A program made the translations under genes and the position numbers. This document shows, piece by piece, positions 23,851 through 32,881 of a stretch of 64,000 nucleotides of DNA; the stretch's first letter is position 1; each line of letters opens with the position of its first letter. This DNA is from Actinomycetota bacterium (GTDB lineage: Bacteria > Actinomycetota > JBBINU01). Location of the stretch: NCBI GenBank assembly GCA_037443725.1, contig JBBINU010000006.1, positions 73,748 through 137,747 of the forward strand. Direction: 5' to 3'. The notes below the pieces were generated by a model that saw only the letters and a list, made by a program, of their open reading frames with translations, was not told where the DNA came from and ran no database searches.

Positions 23851-23967
23851 GACCACGCCGAGCTGGTCCGGAGCCTGGAGCACCTCCCCGGCTTCGGCAA
23901 TGTCCTGGTGCGTGGGTACGCCAGCCTCGACCTCGCGCGGCTCGTGGAGGCTTTGGAGGAGCTCGGG
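23851..23967 (+). pseudogene. Remnant of a HEPN/DUF86 (HepT-like) gene
   Basis: Reads ELVRSLEHLPGFGNVLVRGYASLDLARLVEAL, resembling the DUF86 pattern GFRNxLVHxYxxxD. It has no start or stop of its own. Confidence 0.5.
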
Positions 23968-23987
23968 CCGGGGAGCGGCGCCAGGGC

Positions 23988-25253
23988 CTACCGGAGCCCT
24001 GGGGCCTCCCAGACCAGCCGCCCGCCAAGGGCCACAGCCAGCACCACCTCGGGGCTCCCCTCCCGCACAGCCGCCCTCACAGGGTCGAGGGGGTCCACGT
24101 CGAGGAGGAAGAAGTCGGCGAGGAACCCCTCCTCCAGACGGCCAACGGTCTCGCCGAGGCCGAGGGCGCGGGCGCCCTCCTCCGTCATGAGGGCAAAGAG
24201 CCTCTGCTCCGAGAGGGAAGGCGCCAGGGAACCGAGGAGCCGGGCCTCCCGAAAAAGATCCAACCCCTCGTTAGAGAGAAGGCTGTCCGTTCCCACCGCG
24301 AGGGCCGCACCGGAGCTCACGAACTCCACCACCCGCGGAACCCCCACCCCGATGGCGAGGTTGCTGCCCGGGCAGAAGCAGACGGCAGACCCGCCAGCCC
24401 CGAGCCTCCGCACCTCCTCGGGAGCGAGGTGGACGCAGTGGGCGGCAAGGCAACCGGGGCCGAGAACACCCGTGCTCTCCAGATAATCCACCACCCCGCC
24501 CGTCACCTCACCCCGGGAGAACTCGGTCGGGAGGAGGGCCCCGGCAAAGCAGCCGAGGGGGTTCTCCTCTCCCCGGCAACCCGCGGCCTCCTCCCGGCTT
24601 TCCGCTACGTGAACACAGAGGGGGAGGCCCTCCCTCCTGGCCAGCTCCGCCGCTCCTTCCAGAGCTCGTCTGCTCAGGGAGTAGCAGGAGTGGGGGGAGA
24701 GGCCGAGGAGGAATCCCTCCCTGCCGCTCGCGAACTCGCGCGCCCGCGCAACCCGCCTCTCCAGCTCAGCCAGGGCCGCTCCTTCCCCGCCCCTTGCCAC
24801 ACCCACCAGCTCGAGGAAGAAGACTCCCCTCATGCCGATCTCGGCTGCCGCCTGGAGAGAGGCGCCCCGCGTCACCACCTCCCCCACACAGGTCACTCCG
24901 GACTTGAGCAGCCTCCCCAGCCCAACCCTGGCGGAGGCGAGCCAGAACTCCCCGCTCCTCTCCTCCCTGTTGGCCCGAACCACCCTCTCCAGCCAGGCCG
25001 GGAAGCCGTCTCCCCGAGCCTTGTTCCCAAGGAGGGTGTACTCGGCGTGGGAGTGCGCGTTCACCAGCCCCGGCAGGAGGACACCCCTTGGAAACCGGAC
25101 CACTTCCACCCCGGGATGGGCCCGCTCCAGAAGGCCACCCTCTCCCACCGCGCAGACCCTCCCGGTGGTGGTCTCCACGAGGAGCCCGCCCCGCCTCCAC
25201 CAGCGCTCGGCGGAGGCGACCACGGCCTCTGCCTGGAAGAGGACCTTGCCCAC
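23988..25253 (-). CDS. Amidohydrolase, probable aminofutalosine deaminase
   Basis: PGLVNAHSH, HVAES, AHCVH and GTDS metal-binding motifs (MtaD-like); lies downstream of mqnEAC. Confidence 0.8.
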   Translation of the reverse strand: MGKVLFQAEAVVASAERWWRRGGLLVETTTGRVCAVGEGGLLERAHPGVEVVRFPRGVLLPGLVNAHSHAEYTLLGNKARGDGFPAWLERVVRANREERSGEFWLASARVGLGRLLKSGVTCVGEVVTRGASLQAAAEIGMRGVFFLELVGVARGGEGAALAELERRVARAREFASGREGFLLGLSPHSCYSLSRRALEGAAELARREGLPLCVHVAESREEAAGCRGEENPLGCFAGALLPTEFSRGEVTGGVVDYLESTGVLGPGCLAAHCVHLAPEEVRRLGAGGSAVCFCPGSNLAIGVGVPRVVEFVSSGAALAVGTDSLLSNEGLDLFREARLLGSLAPSLSEQRLFALMTEEGARALGLGETVGRLEEGFLADFFLLDVDPLDPVRAAVREGSPEVVLAVALGGRLVWEAPGLR

Positions 25254-25267
25254 GGCACCGCCGCGGG

Positions 25268-26092
25268 CTAACCCCCGCCCATCTCCTCCCGGAGGAGGCC
25301 TACGAGAGCCTCCCTGGCCTGCTCGGGGATCTCCGGGTCCTCGGCCACGGCAGTGAGCATGGCCTCGGTGCGCCGGTCGGGAATCCGGGCCGCCAGGACC
25401 AGGTAAGGCAGGAAGTCCGCTCCCTCCACCGCCGCCAGCCGGAAACCGGCCACAGCACCCTCCCTAAGCACGGGGACGTAGTCTAGGGGGTCTCCTCTGA
25501 CCAGGGAAGGAGCCTCTTCCATCGCCCCGCTCCAGCCCCTAAGGAGCTCGAGAACCTCCTCCCCCCTGGGCAGAGAGAGGAGGCGCTCCTCCCCGACGCC
25601 GGCCGCGATCCCCTCCGCCAGCACCGCGAGGACGCCCGCCCGGTCCAGCCCGGCCACGAAGGAGCTCACCTCCCGCAAGAACCTAAGGGCGTCAGCTCCA
25701 ACCTGAACAAGCTGCCCCAGCTCTTCCCCGCCAAGCGCCAGGCCCCTCTCCAGGGACTCCGCAGCCTCCCTGTACTCCCCCCAGGCCAGGGCGATGAAGC
25801 CCCGGTTCATCCACGCCCTGGCCGACCCGGGCTCCACCACACATGCCCTGGCCGCAACCTTGAGGGCCTCCTCGAACCTGCCCCTGCCCGCCTCTATCTG
25901 GGATATCCCGACCAGGGGAGCGGCCGACTCGGGAAGGAGAACACTCGCCTGTCTGAGGAGGCTCTCGGCTCTGCCCTCGTCGCCCTCTTCCGTTGCCCTC
26001 CAGGCCTCCCGGAGGAGCTCGGCAGCGAGCTCCTCCCTCCAGCCCTCTTCCTGCCCTTCCATGGGCCGAGCATACACCCGCGGAGCCCGCAA
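25268..26092 (-). CDS. TPR-like repeat protein
   Basis: Helical repeats such as GRFEEALKVAARACVVEP and AWMNRGFIALAWGEYREAAESLERGL; start uncertain. Confidence 0.6.
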   Translation of the reverse strand: MRAPRVYARPMEGQEEGWREELAAELLREAWRATEEGDEGRAESLLRQASVLLPESAAPLVGISQIEAGRGRFEEALKVAARACVVEPGSARAWMNRGFIALAWGEYREAAESLERGLALGGEELGQLVQVGADALRFLREVSSFVAGLDRAGVLAVLAEGIAAGVGEERLLSLPRGEEVLELLRGWSGAMEEAPSLVRGDPLDYVPVLREGAVAGFRLAAVEGADFLPYLVLAARIPDRRTEAMLTAVAEDPEIPEQAREALVGLLREEMGGG

Positions 26093-26137
26093 GGGCCCGC
26101 CGGGGCCCGGCAGGACCGAGCCGCTACCCCTGAGGCC

Positions 26138-27214
26138 CTAGAAGACCCTGATCTTCCTGTACTCCGTGTCCCTCTGGGCGGGCCTGAACCCCGCCTCTCT
26201 GATAAGCCTCACCAGCTCCTCCACGCTGGATCGTTCCCCCGCCCCAGCCGCCCTCACCACGTTCTCCTCCAGCATCACGCTACCGAGGTCGTCGGCACCA
26301 AAGTGCAGACTGGCCTGTCCCACGTCCTTTCCGGTAGTCAGCCAGGAACCCTGGATGTGCTCAAAGTTGTCGAGAAAGAGCCGGGCCGTAGCCACCAGGC
26401 GGAGGTAGGAGAGCCCCGAGGCCTTCCTCCCCCCGAGGACCCTGACTGGCTGGTAGGTCCAGGGTATGAAGGCCCTGAAGCCCCCGGTCCTGTCCTGCAC
26501 CTCCCTCACCCGGGCAAGATGCTCCACCCTCTCCCCGGGGGTCTCCAGGTGTCCCATCATCATGGTGGCCGTGGTCCGGATCCCGAGGGAGTGGGCTCGC
26601 TCCATCACCTCGAGCCATTTCCCCGCGCTCTCCTTGAGGGGCGAGACCAGCTTCCTCACCCTGTCCACCAGGATCTCCGCCCCCGAGCCGGGCAGGGAAT
26701 CGAGCCCTGCCTGCTTGAGCCGCCTCAGGGTCTCCTCGACCTCGAGCCCCGAGATCCGGGAGATGTGGACCACCTCGGAGGGACCGAGGGAGTGGATGGT
26801 CACCTGGGGATACGCCGCCTTCACCCTGGAGAAAAGCTCCTCGTACCACTCGATCCTCAGTTCAGGATGGTGGCCACCCTGAATCATGACCTGGGTGGCA
26901 CCCATGGAAACTGCCTCCCCTACTCTCCTCACCACCTCATCGTGGGAGAGGGTCCAGGCCTCGGGCGAGGAGGGCGGGCGATAGAAGGCGCAGAAGCGGC
27001 AGGCCGTGACGCAGACGTTCGTGTAGTTGATGTTCCTGTCCACCATGAAGGTGGCGAACCACCCGTGACGCCTCCGCCTCACCTCCCCGGCCGCCTCGCC
27101 TAGCTCCATGAAGTCGGCCCGTTCCAGGAGGAGAAGCGCCTCCTCGGCACCGATCCTCTCTCCCGAGACGGCCTCCGCAAGCACCCGGGAGGCCGCCGGG
27201 TCAGCCCGCGCCAT
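26138..27214 (-). CDS. mqnC: Cyclic dehypoxanthine futalosine synthase (radical SAM)
   Basis: DRNINYTNVCVTACRFCAF, FIPWTYQP, MLEENVV and QRDT. Confidence 0.92.
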   Translation of the reverse strand: MARADPAASRVLAEAVSGERIGAEEALLLLERADFMELGEAAGEVRRRRHGWFATFMVDRNINYTNVCVTACRFCAFYRPPSSPEAWTLSHDEVVRRVGEAVSMGATQVMIQGGHHPELRIEWYEELFSRVKAAYPQVTIHSLGPSEVVHISRISGLEVEETLRRLKQAGLDSLPGSGAEILVDRVRKLVSPLKESAGKWLEVMERAHSLGIRTTATMMMGHLETPGERVEHLARVREVQDRTGGFRAFIPWTYQPVRVLGGRKASGLSYLRLVATARLFLDNFEHIQGSWLTTGKDVGQASLHFGADDLGSVMLEENVVRAAGAGERSSVEELVRLIREAGFRPAQRDTEYRKIRVF

Positions 27215-28043
27215 CCTCCACCTCCACCAGCTCCAGCTCGGGCACTCTCCTCAGGTACCCCCTAGCTGCCGCCTTCTCCGCGAAGAGGAGGAGCCCCTTC
27301 CTCTCCGCCTCCCCGAAGGAGTAGCCGAGACCCCTGAAGTAGGCCTCGACAAAGCCGGGGCTGAAAGGTTCCCACCTGGAGGCCTTGAGGGCCGCCTCCT
27401 CAAGATGCTTCAGGCCGAAGGAGAGGGAGACCCTGAGGGCCTCGGCCACCTCTTTCAGGAGCCCGGGCTCGGCCCTGGCGAACTCCCTCCTCACGGCCCA
27501 GACCGCGAACACCATGGGTAGACCGGTGAACTCCTGCCAGATCTCACCCAGGTCGTAAACGTGCAGACCGGGGGGGAGGGAGGCCTGGAGCCTCAGGGCT
27601 TCATCGCCGATGAGAAGGGCGGCCTCGGCCTCCTCGAGCATCCTGGGAAGGTTCGGAGGGGAGCGGAAGCTTGCTGGCCTCACCCCCCAGACCTCATCCA
27701 GCAAGATCCTGACCAGGACCGCCGAGGTTAGAGAGGTGTTGGAGAGGGCCACGGGCCCCGCTATCCGCTCCGCCCTCACCTTGCTCACGAGAAGGATGCT
27801 CTTGGCGGCGCCGTGGGAGGAAACGCAGAGGTCGGGCAGGAGAAAGTACTTCTCGGGCCGGACCAGGTACTCCATGGATGGAACGGGGGCCAGGTCGAGA
27901 GAACCCTTCCTCAGCCTACGGGCAAGCTCTGCAGGAGTCCCCTTCACTAGCTCCACGTCGAGGAGGACTTTCTTCTCCACCAGGCCGAAGTAAAGGGGAT
28001 AGCAGTTCAGGTACTGGATGTGCCCGAGGCGCGGTGGACGCAC
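27201..28043 (-). CDS. mqnA: Chorismate dehydratase
   Basis: RLGHIQYLNCYPL, AALLIGDEAL and YDLGEIWQEFTGLPMVFAVW. Confidence 0.92.
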   Translation of the reverse strand: MRPPRLGHIQYLNCYPLYFGLVEKKVLLDVELVKGTPAELARRLRKGSLDLAPVPSMEYLVRPEKYFLLPDLCVSSHGAAKSILLVSKVRAERIAGPVALSNTSLTSAVLVRILLDEVWGVRPASFRSPPNLPRMLEEAEAALLIGDEALRLQASLPPGLHVYDLGEIWQEFTGLPMVFAVWAVRREFARAEPGLLKEVAEALRVSLSFGLKHLEEAALKASRWEPFSPGFVEAYFRGLGYSFGEAERKGLLLFAEKAAARGYLRRVPELELVEVEDGAG

Positions 28044-29269
28044 TACGCCCCCTCCCCCACCAGGGCAGCGCCAGGGGCGTGGAGCTGCTCAGAGCCACCA
28101 CCAGGCCCCGCGCGGGGCCTCGCCGCATCCCCCTCGCTCCCCTCCCAGAGGACCCGGTAGTGGGTGTCCCTCTCCGCCGGCTGCCAACCCGCTTCCCTTA
28201 TGAGCTCCACCAGCTCCTCTCGGGAGAGCTGGGAAGGGGTCTGGCCGCTCGGGTCCTTGGTGATCCTGTACTCCACCACCGTTCCGTCCAGATCATCCGC
28301 ACCGAACCCGAGGGCGAGCTGGGCGAGGGAGACCCCGTGCATAACCCAGAAGACCTTAAGGTGCGGAACGTTGTCCAGGAGGAGGCGGGAGACGGCGAAG
28401 ACGCGCAGGGCCTCCGCGGCCGAGGCCATGGGAATGTGGGAGAGGCGCGCCGCGGGCTGGAACCTCAAGGGAATGAAGACCTCGAGGCCCCCAGTCTCGT
28501 CCTGGAGGGCGCGGAGCCTGAGGACATGGTCCACCCTGTCCGCAACCCCCTCGATATGCCCGTAGAGCATGGTCGCCGGGGTCTTCATTCCCATCCTGTG
28601 GGCGGCCCGGTGAACGCAGGACCACCTCTCCCAGTCCACCTCATGGTCGACGACGAGCCTCCTCACCCTGGGGTGAAAGATCTCCGCCCCTCCGCCTGCC
28701 AGGGAAATCACCCCCTCCTCCCGCAGCCTCTCAAGGACGGCCTCCACGGACATCCCCTCCCGGGAGGCGAGATAGTCCACCTCCACGGCGGTGAAGGCCT
28801 TTAACCCCACCCCGGGCAGGGCCTCGCGGAGGGCACGGAAGACCTCGAGGTAGTAGCGGAGGCGGAGGCCAGGGTGGAGGCCGCCGGTGATGTGGAGCTC
28901 GGTGAGCCCGGGAGGGGCGGTGGCGCAGGCGTGAGCCACGGCCTCTTCCGGGGTCATGGCATAGGCATCGGGGTCCCGCCGGCGCCTGGCAAACCCGCAG
29001 TAGGCGCAGGAAGCCCGGCAGATGTTGGTGAGGTTGAGGTGGCGGTTCACATTGAAGAAAACCCTCTCTCCGCTCAAGGCCATCTTTTTCTTCCTGGCCA
29101 GCATCCCGAGGGGAAGCAGGGGGTAAGCGAGGTAGAGGAGAAGCCCATCCAGGAAACCCAGCCTCTCTCCCCTCTCCAGCTTCCCCTCCAGGCTCTTGAG
29201 CTCGCGGCCGGCGAGCCCAGTCTGGGGAACCCCCAGAGGAGCGCGTTCCGCGGAGTTCCCAGGGCGCAC
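28043..29269 (-). CDS. mqnE: Aminofutalosine synthase (radical SAM)
   Basis: NRHLNLTNICRASCAYC, GGGAEIF, ATMLYGHIE and FGADDLDGTVVE. Start is GTG 29269 (TAGCAT 8 nt upstream) or ATG 29350. Confidence 0.9.
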   Translation of the reverse strand: MRPGNSAERAPLGVPQTGLAGRELKSLEGKLERGERLGFLDGLLLYLAYPLLPLGMLARKKKMALSGERVFFNVNRHLNLTNICRASCAYCGFARRRRDPDAYAMTPEEAVAHACATAPPGLTELHITGGLHPGLRLRYYLEVFRALREALPGVGLKAFTAVEVDYLASREGMSVEAVLERLREEGVISLAGGGAEIFHPRVRRLVVDHEVDWERWSCVHRAAHRMGMKTPATMLYGHIEGVADRVDHVLRLRALQDETGGLEVFIPLRFQPAARLSHIPMASAAEALRVFAVSRLLLDNVPHLKVFWVMHGVSLAQLALGFGADDLDGTVVEYRITKDPSGQTPSQLSREELVELIREAGWQPAERDTHYRVLWEGSEGDAARPRAGPGGGSEQLHAPGAALVGEGA

Positions 29270-29348
29270 GGGTTCAAATGCTACACCCGCTCCGCCCGGG
29301 ACCCAATTGCCGCCGCGGCTGGGTGTACCCTTGGTGCCGGAGCCAGGC

Positions 29349-30554
29349 ATGACAGGGGAAGCCGGCTGGGTCCTCCTCGCCCACTATCATGAGGTGGCCC
29401 TTAAGGGCAGGAACAGGGCGGTCTTTGAAGGAGCCCTGCTTTCCAACCTATCCAGGGCCCTGCAGGGTACCCGGGCGGGCCGTCCCCAGCTCCTCGCCAG
29501 GAGGATCCTGGTTCCCCTCGGCCCTCCGGAGACCGGGCTTGCCAACCCTCCCGCCGGGACCGATCTCGTGCTCCAGCGGGCCTCCAGGGTGTTTGGACTT
29601 GCGTGGTTCGCGCCGGCCCTCCGGGTCCCCGCGGACCCCGAGGCCATCTCCGAGGCGGCCGTGGCCCTGGCCCGAGCCTCCCCTGCTGCCTCCTTCGCGG
29701 TGAGGGCCAAGCGAGCCGAACCCCAGTTCCCCCTCGGAGGCCAGGCCCTGAACGAGAGGGTGGGGAAGGATGTGAAGGAGGCCACCGGGAAGCGAGTGAA
29801 CCTCTCCTCCCCGGAGCTAACCATCTGGGTGGAGGCCCTCGCCAGGACCGCCCTGGTCCACTCGGCCAGGCTCCCCGGCCCAGGCGGGCTGCCCGTCGGG
29901 GTCTCGGGGAAGGTGCTGGCCCTCCTTTCCGGCGGGATCGACTCCCCTGTGGCGGCCTGGAGGATGATGCGGAGAGGAGCCCGGGTGGTCCTGGTTCATT
30001 TCCACGGTGAGCCCTACACCGACCGCTCCTCCCGGCAGCAGGCCCTGGACTGCGCGCGGGTCCTCGCCTCCTGGGGGCTTGGCGGTCGCCTCTGGCTCGT
30101 GCCCATTGGCGACCTCCAGAGGGAGGTGGTTCTCGCAGGCCCCGAGGGGCTCAGGGTCGTCCTTTACAGGCGCTTCATGCTCCGGATCGCGGCTCGGCTG
30201 GCCCGGACCGAGGGGGCCCTCGCCCTGGTCACGGGGGACTCCCTTGGCCAGGTGGCATCCCAGACCCTGGAGAACCTCGCCGTCGTGGAGGAGGCTTCGG
30301 ACCTCCCTGTCTTCAGGCCCAACATCGGCCGGGACAAGCTCGAGATCGTCGAGGAGGCGAGGGTCCTGGGGACCCTCGAGATATCCACCCGCCCAGTCCA
30401 GGACTGCTGCACGCTCTTTGTCCCGAGGAGGCCGGCAACTAGAGCCAGCCTCGAGGAGGTAAAGCGGGTAGAGGCCAGGCTCGAGGTGGACGCCCTGGTG
30501 GACAAGGCCCTGGCCGGAGCCGAACTGGTGGAGCTCGCCTCGCCCGAGCCTTGA
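29349..30554 (+). CDS. thiI: tRNA 4-thiouridine synthase
   Basis: HYHEVALKGRNR, a THUMP domain, PP-loop LLSGGIDSPVA, GDSLGQVASQTLEN and DCC. Confidence 0.93.
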   Translation: MTGEAGWVLLAHYHEVALKGRNRAVFEGALLSNLSRALQGTRAGRPQLLARRILVPLGPPETGLANPPAGTDLVLQRASRVFGLAWFAPALRVPADPEAISEAAVALARASPAASFAVRAKRAEPQFPLGGQALNERVGKDVKEATGKRVNLSSPELTIWVEALARTALVHSARLPGPGGLPVGVSGKVLALLSGGIDSPVAAWRMMRRGARVVLVHFHGEPYTDRSSRQQALDCARVLASWGLGGRLWLVPIGDLQREVVLAGPEGLRVVLYRRFMLRIAARLARTEGALALVTGDSLGQVASQTLENLAVVEEASDLPVFRPNIGRDKLEIVEEARVLGTLEISTRPVQDCCTLFVPRRPATRASLEEVKRVEARLEVDALVDKALAGAELVELASPEP

Positions 30555-30604
30555 CCCCGGGGTCTCACCTTTATGATCCAGCGGGAGCCAGGGGAGAGTG
30601 GAGA

Positions 30605-30883
30605 GTGAGCACCTGGGGGTGCCGGTTCGAGGTAGCTGGAGACTGCGCCCTCCTAGGGGGGGAATGTGAACCCGGGAAGAAGGGGTGCGTCCTCAGGGGC
30701 AAGGTAGTTTTTGCCAAGGAGGAAAGGAACCCCCGGGCCTCTCCGGTCCCCCTCCCAGGGCCTGGAGCTCCAGGGCCTGAAGGAGGAGCTTCTTCTCGAG
30801 CCCACCCGGGCTGTACCCGCCAGGTCCCTCCCTACCGACCACACGGTGGCAGGGGACGAGAGGGGCGAGACGATTGGCGCTGA
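30605..30883 (+). CDS. Small Cys-rich hypothetical protein
   Basis: GTG after GGAGAG. The core STWGCRFEVAGDCALLGGECEPGKKGCVLRGKVVF has 4 Cys; the tail overlaps the convergent ogt. Confidence 0.55.
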   Translation: MSTWGCRFEVAGDCALLGGECEPGKKGCVLRGKVVFAKEERNPRASPVPLPGPGAPGPEGGASSRAHPGCTRQVPPYRPHGGRGREGRDDWR

Positions 30884-31298
30884 GGGCACGCCCCACCGCC
30901 CTAGCTGCCCGCGGCCTCCCGAGCCTCCTTGCGAGCTCCCCGTAGGTCGTCGTGGACCCCGGTGGGACCTCTAAAAGAGCGCGGTAGACCCTCCGGGTGA
31001 AGGCCGGAAGACCCCGCATGTCCAGCTCCACCTCGCCCGGCATCGCCCACCCCCGCTCCAGGGCCCGGGCAAGACCCGGCGGGGCCGCCTCACGCTCCCC
31101 GGGGGAGCTCGCCAGTCCGAGTCTGCTGGCATGGGACACTGCCTCCTCAAGACTCTCTGCCAAAGCCAGAACACCCTTAGAGGTCCAGGCCACCCACCTC
31201 TCCCCCAGGGGCGAGGGAAACGCTGCCACCCAGGCCCGCTCCCTCCCCTCCGTCCCGCCGCCCCCCTCGCGCGGAGCCCTCACCCCTCTCCCTCCCAC
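30693..31298 (-). CDS. ogt: Methylated-DNA--protein-cysteine methyltransferase
   Basis: TYGELA...AARAVGRAL...VPCHRVV active-site motif. Confidence 0.9.
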   Translation of the reverse strand: MGGRGVRAPREGGGGTEGRERAWVAAFPSPLGERWVAWTSKGVLALAESLEEAVSHASRLGLASSPGEREAAPPGLARALERGWAMPGEVELDMRGLPAFTRRVYRALLEVPPGSTTTYGELARRLGRPRAARAVGRALSANRLAPLVPCHRVVGREGPGGYSPGGLEKKLLLQALELQALGGGPERPGGSFPPWQKLPCP

Positions 31299-31939
31299 TC
31301 CGCCTTCCAGCCGGGAAGAAGCCGCTGCTCCAGGCCGAGCCGGGAAAGCACCCTCGCCACGACGAACTCAACCAGATCCTCCACGCTTCTTGGGTGGTGG
31401 TAGAAGCCCGGGCTCGCAGGCAGCACGCAGGCCCCCGCATCGTGGGCCCGGAGCATGTTCTCGATGTGGACCCGGGAGAGGGGAGTCTCCCTCACCACCA
31501 AGACCAGGGGCCTTCTCTCCTTGAGGGTTACGTCGGCGGCCCTGCCTATAAGGTCCCTAGAGACACCCTGAGCGACAGAGGCGAGGGTCCCGGTGGAGCA
31601 GGGACAGATCACCATACCCCGGGTAGGGTAAGTCCCGCTCGAAGGCCCCGCCGTCAGGTCCGAGTTCGGGTGAACGCGGAGGCCCCCCTCCGGAGCCGTC
31701 CTGCCCACCCAGGAGAAGATCCCCTCGGTCGTCGGCTCCAAGGTGAGGTCCACCCCCTCCTCCTCCCTGATGACAGCGAGGGCAGCTTCGGAGAGAATGA
31801 GATCAACAGCCACCCCCATCTCGAAGAGGGCCGCCAGGAGCCGCCTGGTGTAAGGAGCTCCGCTTGCACCCGTAGCCGCGACCACCAGCGGAGGGGCTCC
31901 CGGCCTCCCGGCTCGAACCTCACCGGCCACCTTCCCCAC
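31280..31939 (-). CDS. ubiX: Flavin prenyltransferase UbiX
   Basis: TGASG, PCSTGTL, RAADVTLKERRPLVLVVRETP and PASPGFY. Confidence 0.94.
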   Translation of the reverse strand: MGKVAGEVRAGRPGAPPLVVAATGASGAPYTRRLLAALFEMGVAVDLILSEAALAVIREEEGVDLTLEPTTEGIFSWVGRTAPEGGLRVHPNSDLTAGPSSGTYPTRGMVICPCSTGTLASVAQGVSRDLIGRAADVTLKERRPLVLVVRETPLSRVHIENMLRAHDAGACVLPASPGFYHHPRSVEDLVEFVVARVLSRLGLEQRLLPGWKAEWEGEG

Positions 31940-31951
31940 CCACCCCAGGAC

Positions 31952-32881
31952 CTATCCCGGACCGGCACCGAGGAAGACGTCGGCGGCTCCGAAGACAAGC
32001 ATGGCAACGGCGATGAAGCCGTTGGCCGTGAAGAAAGCGGCGCCCACCCGGGAGAGATCCCCCGGCCTCACCAGGGAGTGTTCCACCGCGAGGGCCGCCG
32101 CCACCACCGCCGTCCCCACCCACCAGATCCAACCCCTGCCCGTGGCCCAGGCGAAGGCGGAGAGAAGCCCCAGGGAAACAGCATGCCAGCCTCGGGCCAC
32201 GGCGAGGGCAGGGCCCACTCCGAACCGGGCCGGGATGGAATGCACCCCCGTGGCCCTGTCCACCTCGAGATCCTGCAGGGAGTAAATGATGTCGAACCCC
32301 CCAACCCAGATCCCGACCGCAGCCCCGAGAAGGACGGGCGTCCACGACCAGGACCCCGTCACAGCCAGCCAGGCTCCCACCGGCCCCACGGCCTGGGCCA
32401 CCGCGAGGCCGAGGTGGGTGAGCCAGGTGAACCGCTTCAGGTAGGGGTAGACCGCGAGGGGAACCAGAGCAAAGGGCCAAAGGTAGTGGGTGATGCGGGG
32501 AAGCCTATAGACGGCGACGAGGAACACTCCAAGGCTCACCAGGGTGAAGGCGAGGAACTCCCCTACCCCGAGCTCCCCGGTCACCAAGGCCCTTCCCCGA
32601 GTCCGGGGGTTCCGGGCATCGAGGTCTCGATCGGCCAGGCGGTTTACGGCCATGGCAAAGGACCGGGCCCCCACCATGGCCACGGTTATCCAGAACATGG
32701 TCGCGAGCCCCGGCCAGCCCCCGGCCGCCACCAGGGCGGAGAGGTAGGCGAAGGGGAGGGCGAAAACCGAGTGCTCCAGAGCGATGGCCCTGGAGAAGCT
32801 CCCCGCCTTCCTCGCCAACCTTTGGGCGGGCTTCGAAACAAAACCCCCTCTGGCCAGTCGAGCCCCCTTCCTAAACCTCAA
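31952..32881 (-). CDS. mqnP: UbiA-family prenyltransferase of the futalosine pathway
   Basis: EHSVFALPFAY, NRLADRDLDARNPRT and GFDIIYSLQD. Confidence 0.9.
   Translation of the reverse strand: MRFRKGARLARGGFVSKPAQRLARKAGSFSRAIALEHSVFALPFAYLSALVAAGGWPGLATMFWITVAMVGARSFAMAVNRLADRDLDARNPRTRGRALVTGELGVGEFLAFTLVSLGVFLVAVYRLPRITHYLWPFALVPLAVYPYLKRFTWLTHLGLAVAQAVGPVGAWLAVTGSWSWTPVLLGAAVGIWVGGFDIIYSLQDLEVDRATGVHSIPARFGVGPALAVARGWHAVSLGLLSAFAWATGRGWIWWVGTAVVAAALAVEHSLVRPGDLSRVGAAFFTANGFIAVAMLVFGAADVFLGAGPG

Noticed and set aside
29270-29351. Overlapping divergent ATGs of mqnE and thiI (CATG at 29348-29351)
   Set aside because: This would leave no promoter space; GTG 29269 with an upstream TAGCAT is the more plausible mqnE start.
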